DNA from: Hormiphora californensis
Lineage: Eukaryota; Animalia; Ctenophora
Direction: 5' to 3'
NCBI GenBank assembly: GCA_020137815.1
Contig: CM035353.1
Coordinates: 3,658,001 to 3,722,000, forward strand
Length of the DNA: 64,000 bases
Shown here: in pieces, positions 37,156 through 48,400 of the stretch
Position numbering within the stretch: the first letter of the stretch is position 1
Layout: the number at the start of each line of letters is the position of its first letter
Notes under the pieces: generated by a model
The model's database searches: none
Told to the model about the DNA's origin: nothing
What the model saw: the letters and a program-made list of their open reading frames with translations, nothing else
Position numbers and translations under genes: made by a program

Positions 37156-38848
37156 GGGTAGACCGGGGTAATTTGGACGGTTTTGGCATTCAATTGGTAT
37201 TTCAAGAGCCATTAATTTACTTAATCAATTAGTTAGCTACTCAATTTATGCAACTGAACCTTTATCTTGAGCCTCAGAACAAATTTGAATCGAAAACATA
37301 ACTTTTAGATAGCTTATTAACCTTGTTAATGAAGGTAAGTCGGAATATTTTTGATCGCGAGACACGGGGCAATTTGGACTAGTGGCTTCTACACCAATCA
37401 CAATGCGCGCATTCAATCACGTGACCGCGACACACCACATTGCCCCAGCTGTAAATCTGCGATGTATATCACTATCAGACCGAGGTTGGGGCTATTTGGA
37501 CAAACTTAGATTGTAGCCACAGTTTTTGAGATATCGATTTCAAACTTTTCAGTCATCTAGTAATTTAGTATCCCGTGCTATTCCTTTTTTCAAAATTAGT
37601 TAATTAAGTAGTAATTAGCCTAATTAACCAAAAAATTAAGTTTTCATCAGATCTATATCTATAGGGTGCATTTTCGAAAGCTGAGGATTAGCCTAGTCGA
37701 TTAGAAAAAGATTTAATCTAATCCAAAATAGGGTTTTTGAGAAAATCGACATCAAAGATCAAAAAACCACAAATAAAGCTACGGTTTTCAAAGGAATGCT
37801 GTTTGTGTTTTCAGGTGCTTACAAGGCCAGAAATTACTATTATGGGGATCCAGTCTAATTAATCATGTTAGTGGCCGATTCCCACTCATTACTCAATGCA
37901 ATTCCCTGGGGTTACTATAGCAACGGAGTTTGTTACCATAGCAACCGGCGAATTTGCATTAATGTACTATTTTCTTGCTCCAAATTCACCCATTACATCC
38001 GTATTATTAGACTATCGATTATTTAAACATGATTGTGAGTCACAATGAGACATCAGAATTCAGACTACCTTCAGTTACCAGCCAGTCAGTGGCTTTGGTT
38101 ATCAAATGTATGCCTATTGCTCTAAGTTAGCCTGTAATTTATCCCTTTATTCAGTTATATCAGCTGCATATGGATGATTATTATGATAAAACACTTTTGG
38201 TCATCAAAGCACCAGTCCTAGATATTCTGGAGCACCCTATGAAGTTGGTTTGTCAAATGCCACACCATGGATTGACTTGTTACCTTGGCATCCAGAGAAT
38301 TGGTTGTAAAATGCGCCTTTTTTTTCTATTTTTTTGGTCTATTTACTCAGTTTTAGCCATCTATATTGATTGAATAGGTTAATTATGAAAGCAGGTTGTC
38401 TATGGTTACCATAGAAACGAGTATAATGGCGCCATGAGGCCAATTTGTTTTAACCAATTTGCCCCATGGGGCAATTTGGTCTAGTCCAAATTGCCCCATG
38501 GGGCAATCTGGATTATGACCGAATTGCCCCCGATTTTTTCGTCCGAATTGCCCCAAATTATCCGAATTGCCCCGCTTCATTAAAATACCAATTAGCTAAT
38601 TAAATCGAAAGCTAATGTCATTTTGATGATGAAACTGAATAGAAAAGTATCATATTGTGAAATTCTGACCCTTAATTTAAATAATTATCATAATTAAGTT
38701 TACCGAAATAAAGTTTAACTTTAAAGTCGTCATTTTTCGTTATTTCACACTAAACACCACAATTTAAAAGTCCCATATAAATCACTAGTCCACATTGCCC
38801 CGTCCTGTGACCACATTGCCCCACCGTCCAAATTACCCCGGTCTACCC
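37156..38848. mobile_element. pogo/Tc1-like non-autonomous DNA element
   Basis: TA|GGGTAGACCGGGGTAATTTGGACGG...CCGTCCAAATTACCCCGGTCTACCC|TA; subterminal GGGGCAA repeats. Confidence 0.85.
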
Positions 38849-39145
38849 TAGTGAAGTTGGGAGCTGTTACACATTGGGGACACATTGGGGACACATTGGG
38901 GACACATTGGGGGACACATTGGAGACATTAGATGTGAAAGGTTTTTTGTCTTAATTGAGGAACCATGCAGCCCGTGGTTCTTCAGCTTCAATAATATCAC
39001 AAGCCTAGAGACCACACCTCGGTGGTGCAAACTCTGTAGCTGTTCTCATGAATCAAAACCGTACAACAATTACAACGAACAAATAATTATAGTTTTAATT
39101 TACAGTAATTAAACAATTCAATACCCAATATTAATATATTATATT

Positions 39146-40929
39146 TTAGTTAGCGTTCTGGGGCAGCCGATCAACCATATCTGTCATAACGCCAAACACC
39201 CGGGTGACATAGTCCCTGGCAAACTGGTCCGTCGAGAGGTTGTTCAGGTAGTCCAGGTTATACATTAGCTTTCCTGAAATAGAAGTTTCGTTAAAATACA
39301 TTGCATAATACTGGTCCCTGATTGGCTGATAACCAGTCACGTGACCTAAATAACGAGTTATGATTGGTTGTTCAAGTAGTCCAGGTTATACATTAGCTTT
39401 CCTGAAATAGAAGTTTCGTTAAAATACATTGCATAATCAATACTCTGGATTTCATTCGGTATTATACAGTCGGGCCCCGATTTACCGGGATACTCGCGAT
39501 CAGCGCTCGGGGGGAAGGGTTTTGCCCGGTAAATCAAATATTGTTAAATGTCAATTTTCTTCTTCGGGGGAAGATTATCCTCCCAGTAAATCGCTAGGGT
39601 TCCGATAAATCGCTAGGGTTCCGGTAAATCGCTAGGGTTCCGGTAAATCGCTAGATCGAGACTACAATATAGTTGCTAGATATCAGATATGTTTTGCATG
39701 AGGACACCTAAAATATACCAGGTATATTATATGTACCTCTGAATAGCTGGAGGTTGTGATTAAATGGCGCTTCTCGGTATGGAAAGATATTGGAACTCCT
39801 GAGTATCTTCGTAGCTACAATGTCTCCACGGGATCCTGTACTCATATTCTCAATGTTCCCCAGGTTGCTCACACAAAAATACCTGCATTGATTTCAGTTA
39901 CAATATGCAGTGAAATAATATATTGTGGACCTTTTTATATATTTCTTTTTGAGAAATCCTGCTGTTTTTTGCTGGTGCAAAGGAGGAAAGCCGATCTTAG
40001 GGTCATGTCCATCCCGAGCAGGAATATAATTATACATAATTATACATTAATGTACATTTACTCACCGGATGGCGCTGTTATTTTTGGATGCCAAATCGGC
40101 GAACTTCTTAACATCAATTTTTTTGAGGAAGCGATTGTATTGAAGAGGTTTCTTTTCCTCCAGTTGCTGGTTGATCATGTCCTTTATGTCCCGGGCTAAA
40201 TCCCAAAACTCAGCTTTACTCTGGTCATTTATCGTTATCTCACAATCAACAAATCCTGCAGGAATAGATCATACTAACAGCATCCTGCAGGAATAGATCA
40301 TACTAACAGCATCCTGCAGGAATAGATCATACTAACAGCATCCTGCAGGAATAGATCATACTAACAGCATCCTGCAGGAATAGATCATACTAACAGCATC
40401 CTGCAGGAATAGATCATACTAACAGCATCCTGCAGGAATAGATCATACTAACAGCATCCTGCAGGAATAGATCATACTAACAGCATCCTGCAGGAATAGA
40501 TCATACTAACAGCAGGGTGCTTGTTGGTGACATAGACACCTGGCGCGACCGATTGTCTATGTCACCAATGTTGCTTGTAGTGGAGATACCGTGATGGCGC
40601 AATCGTGGAATAAATCAATGATTTATTAAATGATTTATTAAATCATACTAACAAGGAAAACTTACCGCGGACCTCGACTTAACGGATAGATTCCGGTAAA
40701 TTCCGTTAAATCGATTCCGGTAAATCGAGGTCTCGAATATGTGTTTGTTTATATGGAATTGAAGGGAACTTTTGCTAACTTTCCACGAATTTTTATTGAA
40801 AGTGGAAGGGCCAAGCTTACGACCAGACGACCTGTCGCATTGAGAGGTAAAATAAGTAGCTTTCCATGGATTGACAGCTTAAAGTGCTCAAACGCAGCTT
40901 CTCAGTGAGAATTCACAAATTAGTTTTAT

Positions 40930-41005
<76 letters not shown>

Positions 41006-43639
41006 CTGTTTAACCCCAATCTGCTGAATTTCTATCGAGTGACAGGAATTAAATTGAATTGAGCAACATTTCTCTCGCTACATTTAGCTCACTCGATCAG
41101 TGTACTGCAGTTACAGGTTTCAATTCAAAGTTTCAAGACATGATGCGTTTTATGATGTGACATTGTGACGTCAAATTGGGTGAAGCCGGCTAACTATATA
41201 CTTCTCTAACACTATTATGTAATATATGTATTATGCAATATGGTATGCATGACTCACCAATGAAGCAACCAAAAATGTTGGTTGTCCGGTTGTTGCAATA
41301 CCGCCGACAATTCGGTAAAACCGAGAAAGAGATGTCCACCGCAGAGGCATCCACAAATGGAATCACCTGGGAACCAGATTATAATAATTATTTTTATTAA
41401 AATACATTTAGACATGGTCTTGATATTATCGGGATCAGACTGCAGTACATAGTCGGACCCCGATTTACCGGGCAAAACCAAATCCCCCAGCATCCCGGTA
41501 AATCGGTATCAGACTGCAGTATAACAGTCGGACCCCGATTTACCGGGCAAAACCATATCCCCCAGCATATCCCGGTAAATCGGTATCAGACTGCAGTACA
41601 GTCGGACCCCGATTTACCGGGCACCCCGATTTACCGGGCAAAACCATATCCCCCAGCATATCCCAGTAAATCGGTATCAGACTGCAGTACATAGTCGGAC
41701 CCCGATTTACCGGGCAAAACCATATCCCCCAGCATATCCCAGTAAATCAGACTGCTCACCTGGTTGATGCATGACTCGGTGGTAATGAGCTCATACATAG
41801 CAATAGCTGATGCCGTACAGAACACTGACTCCAAAGATACACCCTGCTTTACACAATGCTTGAACAACTAGAGGAGGTATAATTAGATGTAATAATAGAG
41901 ATCATTAGGTAATTAATTCGAGATAATTAGGTAATTATAACTCGTGGTAATCCGAGGTGTTGCCTTGATGTTTGAACAAGAATATAACTTTGCTCATTAT
42001 TTTTACAATTGTTACCTTCCTTGTCAACTCCTCGCTGAGTTCTAAAGGACAAGTCCGTAGTGTCGGGAGCACATCCATAAGTGGAGGGTAGACACTGGAG
42101 TACTTGTTTCGGAAGTTAACACTACCCCTCCACGTAAAGGATAACCCAGGAAGAATATCGCCCAATTGGGTGGAGATATCTGATCGTTTTACTAGCCTCT
42201 CGAACGCGGGCAGGATGGCATATTCATAGCTGTCGCTGATGGTATTCCCCTTGATTAGGTCTCGGAGAGCTAGACAACGGGGGGATTTCATGTGTTCAAA
42301 AGTGTTTAAAAGTGTATAAAATTGTTTAAAAGTTTTTTAAAAGTTTAAAAAAGTTTTAATAAAATTGAATAAACGCATAGTTAAACATATAATAGATACC
42401 TCTAAGGAACTTGTCACATAATATCAGCATGGACATATTGTCGGTTATGGCGTGGTGAAATCCAAACATGAGCACGTTCTTGTGGGTGTTACCGAGGGGC
42501 GGGAGGGTTACCATTTTGCAGCACCAAAGAGGCCCTGCACGGAAAACATGTGGTTCATAAAATACTGTACTACTACAGCTGTACTAGTAAAATGTCCCGA
42601 GTTCTAATTTTGTTGATTGGTTGATTAATTAACTGATTGATTGATAATAGCTGTGAACTATACCATTTTCAATGTTGAAATTGTATTTAAACAGATCGTG
42701 GTAAACGGGGCTCCAGTCCTGAGAGCGAACACTACAGAAGTCAATTACCACATCCGGCATCTTGCTGAACACATACCTGAAGGAAACAGTATTAGTTATT
42801 AACGTGAATCTATACAATATTATAGTTATTAATGAAAAAAAAACAGACGATTTGATGGAAAACTTTGGGGAAAACAGTCGTGCCAGAACCTCAGGTCCAG
42901 GCCACGGCTATTTTCCACTGGGACCTGAGATCTCAGGTTTCATGACGGCTATTCACTTAAATCTCAGGGAAAAGCCGTCACTGCAACCGGAGATCTCAGG
43001 TCTCAGTGGAAAATAGCCGTGGTCTAATCGAATCTGAGGTTCAGGCACGATGTTTTCCCCCTTTGCGCGGTTTGGTCGCTTAAAGTTGATAAATAACTTT
43101 GCGGTTGATGGATAACTTTGCGCGGGGTTTGGTCGTGCTGAACACACTTACTCCTTCCACTCATTTTGCCTGATGCACAGTTGGAGATGAGGAATCGTGG
43201 CCTGGATAAACTCTAGGGCTCTGTGTACCTTTTCAACTGACAGTGGTTCCTTATAGGAAGAATATTATAGCAATTTGAGAACCAATTAAACTTGGTATAT
43301 GCGTAAACTCAACATAAAGAAAATGCACTTTCTCTCGAAATTGGATAGGAATTCGGTCACGGCCAAAACGGATACACGGCCAAACGGATATACACCGCAG
43401 GTTCAAACATTTAAATACTATACATGTCTAATTTTCAATCCAAATTGGGAATTAACCACATGTATATTAAAATGACCAAAAACATTAGGGGTATATATAT
43501 AGCTGCATGAGGTACTACTTACATCTGTATCAACCCATATTGCACAACCAATAGTGCCAAAGTTATGATTGTAAAGTTCCGCAAGGTAACGCTCCAGGGG
43601 CCCGAGAGCCCTAAAAACTGGGACGATTGACTCGGGCAT
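39146..43639 (-). CDS. Stand-alone condensation-domain / alcohol-acetyltransferase-like CoA-dependent acyltransferase, 465 aa, 10 exons
   Basis: Exons 43639-43523, 43249-43152, 42776-42664, 42534-42400, 42269-42016, 41867-41760, 41366-41258, 40255-40066, 39882-39737, 39273-39146; all GT-AG, 1398 nt in frame. Motifs RALGPLE, PHLQLCI, FNIENGPLW, FHHAITD, FWDLAR, SNLG. Confidence 0.85.
40253..40514. repeat. 29-bp tandem repeat (~9 units) spanning a splice acceptor
   Basis: Unit ATCCTGCAGGAATAGATCATACTAACAGC. Confidence 0.95.
42867..43060. mobile_element. Palindromic MITE; related partial copy at ~49492-49636
   Basis: GGGGAAAACAGTCGTGCC...GGCACGATGTTTTCCCC. Confidence 0.75.
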
Positions 43640-44642
43640 CACATCTATATCATTTCATTAGCTGTTAGAAACAATTATACATATATTACATTGGCATCAC
43701 ATCTATATCATTTCATTAACTGTTAGAAATAATACATATAGTATAGTGGTGTCAAGTACAATTGGTGTAGCTAAACGCTGTGTGAGTATAATTATACCAA
43801 AACTGGCAAATGCAATTGGATCAGACGATGCACAATACAATTTCGAGAGAGAGGGAGAGAGAGAGGGAACTCTTGCACAACATCCGGAAGTCAATGCTAC
43901 TAGACGCAATATTGTTACCATGGGAGCAGTAACCTGCATCAAGTTGTGGTAAAGGGCTTGCACACCAGTAGAATTGGGAGTATTTATAAATGTCACCCCT
44001 CCTGCAATAACAAGGCTGGACCTTTGCCAAAATGTTTCGAGACTGGTTTAGAGAGCATTGTACACACAATTGTTCCGCTGCAATTTGTGGAATTGCATTG
44101 TGGAATTGCATTACAAATGTATGAAACAATCTGAGATGCTTATTGTGGTACTGCAGCCTCTGCAGAAGGGGGATTAAAATTCAAAGCAATACTCGAGGTA
44201 CACGTAGTAAAAAGTAGTTATTTAAGTTGAACAATGAAGTTGAGGAAAATCTTAATCCTTTCCATGCAAATTATCCCTTCTATGGTAGTTACTATAAAAG
44301 GGATAATTTGTAAGGAAAGGATCATACAATATACGGTCTATGAAGTGTATGGTTATAATACATGTGTACACGCTTGACACTATTTTGCAGCAGACTAGGT
44401 AATGATCACTGTTGATCTTTTATTTAACAGTAATCATCTCTCTCTTTCTCTATATCTATCTATCTCTCTCCCTCTCTCCCTCTCTCCCTCTCTCCCTCTC
44501 TCCCTGATCTCTCAAGGAGATAGAAAATTGGTCACTTCCGGGTATTATTTGTAGCAAAAGAGAGAAAAATAAGGGTCGAAAAGAGGAAAAGAGGAAAAGA
44601 GATACCAGAGAGAGAGAGAGATATAAGAGTGCGAGAAAGATA

Positions 44643-44751
<109 letters not shown>

Positions 44752-44785
44752 AAGAGAGAGAAAGAGAGAGATAGCGACGCGAGAG

Positions 44786-45106
44786 ATGAACTGCCTTTGT
44801 TTTTTTTCCATCGCGACATGTTACATTTTCATCGGCTACAGAACGAACATGTCAAGTAGAAATGCAGGTCGTTTCGGTGGAAACAATAGGGAACTAAACG
44901 CGAAAATATTTGCCATCATCGAAACGGATTTCTTCTGCTGGATCCCTCTGGGGGTGGTGGCTTTCCTACACCTAGCAGAAGTAATCAATGCAAACCATCC
45001 CTACTTCTCCATCCTGATTCTGCCGATCAACTCTGTTATTAATCCCATTCTCTTCGAGTCAAACAATTCTTCATGGGCCTTGCTAAGTTTGCCATCTCGT
45101 TCTTAG
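44786..45106 (+). pseudogene. LGR/GRL101/RXFP-like GPCR fragment (end of TM5 to TM7)
   Basis: IIETDFFCWIP and ILPINSVINPILF motifs; upstream is an (AG)n tract and no TM1-4 was found. Confidence 0.7.
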
Positions 45107-45486
45107 TGGGTTCTGTGAGGGAGATCCGTCACACCATGCAGACTGCAGCAACATCATCTCTAGAAGAAGAGGGCATGACAGGAACCAGCTTATAAATCAA
45201 GGAACTTCAATCTCTGTGTGTATGGTGACTTTAGACCACATGACTTTATGAGCGGCCTCAATTTTGTTTAGAAACGAAATAAAAAATGCTGATATATACA
45301 CAAAAGTAATAAAACTAAAAACAAAACACTCGAAAATTCCTATCAAAACGGTTTATTTTTTAGTCCACACCTATAACAGATATAATTCACTTCTAAAACT
45401 AGTTAGAATTTCGTCAGCTGGTTTCCCCAATTCCATTATCAATTTTCGATGCCATTTCTTCGTGTAGAAAGTCCAGTTATGTAGAT

Positions 45487-48400
45487 TTAACCTATGTGGA
45501 TACCCCCACTAATTCCTCCTCCAATTCCACCTCCAATTCCACCGTCTAGTCCACCACTTCGAGACTTGCTGCTGGAACTCTTGGACCTAGACTTGGACCT
45601 GCTTTTGGACCTGCTCTTAGATCGAGACCGACTTTTGGAGGAGCTGGAAGAGCTAGAGCTGGAAGAGGAAGATTTGCTTCGGGACTTGGATCGAGATTTG
45701 GATCGGGATTTCTTGGATCGGGACTTCGAGCTTGAGCTTGAGCTTGAGCTACTTGACTTGGATCGGGATTTCCTGGACTTAGATCGGGACTTAGATCGGG
45801 ACTTCTTGGACTTTGAGCTTGAGCTTGAGCTTGAGCTTGAGCTACTTGACTTGGATCGGGACTTAGAACTTGACTTGGATCGAGATTTCCTGGACTTAGA
45901 TCGGGACTTAGATCGGGATTTACTGGATCGAGACTTCTTGGACTTTGAGCTTGAGCTTGAGCTTGAGCTTGAGCTACTTGACTTGGATCGGGACTTAGAA
46001 CTTGACTTGGATCGGGATTTTCGGGACTTAGATCGGGATTTACTGGATCGAGACTTCTTGGATCGAGACTTAGAGCTTGAGCTTGAGCTACTTGACTTGG
46101 ATCGGGATTTCCTAGATCGAGACTTAGATCGGCTTTTCCTTTCATGTTCAACATGAACTCGTCGATCGAAATCCATGTCAAGGTTAGTTTCAGCGACGAG
46201 ATCAGCTCGACCGTCGATTATGACCTCATGGGGGCCCTCATCCTCAGATCCGAATACCACGTTATCGGCAGCAGGCGCGGGAATGTCGTAGTTTGCCTGA
46301 AACAGTGGAATTCATGTAGCTCAGTTGCCATTGATTGAAATAAAATTACCTTACTCTCGTTAATTAAGCTCGCATATTTCAAGAAACTTTTAAATAAGAA
46401 ACTTTTTTTCTAGGAAACTACAGGTGTAAGCAATCCAAAAACAAAAAGAATTTCTCCTTTATCAAGAAACTAAACAAGTTAGGGGTGTTCTATTTTGTTG
46501 TGGTGTCTCTGAATTGTGTGATTTACATTTGAAAAGTTTCTTATAAAAAAGTTTCTTACTAAAGCGTTTCTTAAAAAACGAGAGTAAGGTATTCTTCATT
46601 TTTTCGGAAGCTTAAATTGTTAAGTTGTTCGAAATGCATACCTCATAGTTGATTTTGTTTGATTTTGAAGAAGATGAAGAAGATGAAGAGGAAGAAGATC
46701 GAGATCGTCGGTTTGAGGGGCTCTTACTGCGACCTAATCGAACATTGAAGTCCTTTGCAGAGTTTGATGACCTCGATTTCTTTGAGATTTTGATCTCCGG
46801 CGAGGGGGACCTTTCATCAGCAACGTTTGCGTACACATTTCCCGACTCAAGATCTTGGGAGAAATAAATTGGTTGGTGCATGGCATTGGGAAAAAGCTTA
46901 TTAGTAAAACTATTAATTAATATGCCATGTAAGGAAATTCACAATGAGTTTCATTAACTTATAACAATTAACTTTATCAATTAATAAGTAAATTTACCGG
47001 CGTTAACGTTTCCAGCGTTGAAGTGAATTTCACCTTCATCCTCACTAACATCCTTTACTTTTTTCACTTTTTTCACTTTTTTCACCTCCTTAACTTGCTT
47101 AACTTTTTTAACTTTCTTTACTCTGAAAACAACAGTGTTGTGGTGAATGTAAAACGCAAATAAACGTTGAAAAATGCTTTGCTACCGCAGCTTGCTTGAA
47201 TAAAATTTAATGCATATTGAAAGATATCTTTAAGCTTTTTAAGCTGAACATATGTTCAGTGCAGTGAACACCTTTCAATATATATTTAATTTTTTTCAAG
47301 CAAGCTGTTCACTCAAGAAAGAAAATGCAAAATTTAATACTTAATATACAGGGTGTCCCACTGTCTTTGCGTGACCTGTGATTTTGGGTGATGAGTGGGT
47401 TCCATTCAAATGCTCATAACTCATCGAAAAATAGGTCAAAACGGCTAAACCAAAACCAGTGTTGTAGAGAATTGTCAGGCGAACATTTGGGTACAAGATT
47501 GATGTTCCAAGTCTTACCAATCGTCAGATATATCGTCTAAAAGTCAAAAATACGTGTTTATGAAATCCGACCGGGGTTCACGTTTTGAAAAATTCACAAG
47601 TGCAAAGTTGCTCGGATCACATTGCATCCCTCATAAGAGTTGTAGGAAATTGTCTGGCGGTCATTTTGGTACCCAGGTTTTTGTCCTAGCTCAATGTTTA
47701 GAGTGTCTTATGACTGTCTAAAGACGAAATTCAACCAAAATTTTTGAGGGGATCACGTGTCATCAACAAATGGGTAAAATGGTTTGAAATTTATAAGAGC
47801 TTCATTGGAATCATCTAAGGTTCATTTTGATACCATGATTTTTTCCATAGCTCTACGTTTGATATGCGTTATGACTTTATGAACATAAAGATTTTTCTCT
47901 GCTGAGTCTTAGTTGGTATCGGCTCACAACCCCTAATTAGGTGGCTCGGTGTCGTGTGTAATCCCATGATAATCAGCACATATCGTCTCAATTTCATCTA
48001 GGCACTTGACAGGGTTGTTATGACGATTTGGCAAGGCCCCTGTTAATGTGTAGGATACGCAAGTGGTCTATCTCAACCCTATCATGCACTAAGATGTTAT
48101 TCAAGCAGATATGAGCTTCATAACAGGGCAAAATGCAATGCGATACCTGAGACCACTCACCACTTTTGTGATAATTCCAGTTCTGACAGTCATAAGACAC
48201 TCTAAACATTGAGCTAGGACAAAAACCCGGGTACCAAAATGACCGCCAGACAATTTCCTACAACTCTTATGAGGGATGCAATGTGATCCGAGCAACTTTG
48301 CATTTGTGAATTTTTCAAAACGTGAACCCCGGTCGGATTTCATGAACACGTATTTTTGACTTTAAGACGATATATCTGACGATTGGTAAGACTTGGAACA

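Noticed and set aside
37800-38350. Transposase remnant inside the pogo-like element
   Set aside because: No DDE motif or sustained frame could be read by eye
40253-40514. CRISPR-like 29-bp repeat
   Set aside because: No spacers; simple intronic tandem repeat
45494-46156. Plus-strand Leu/Asp/Arg-rich ORF
   Set aside because: Antisense shadow of the Ser/Lys/Arg repeat exon; splice signals support the minus strand
45487-46260. Independent protamine-like or histone H1-like gene
   Set aside because: No winged-helix domain and no ATG at the exon start; upstream exons link in phase toward Amt. Not fully excluded
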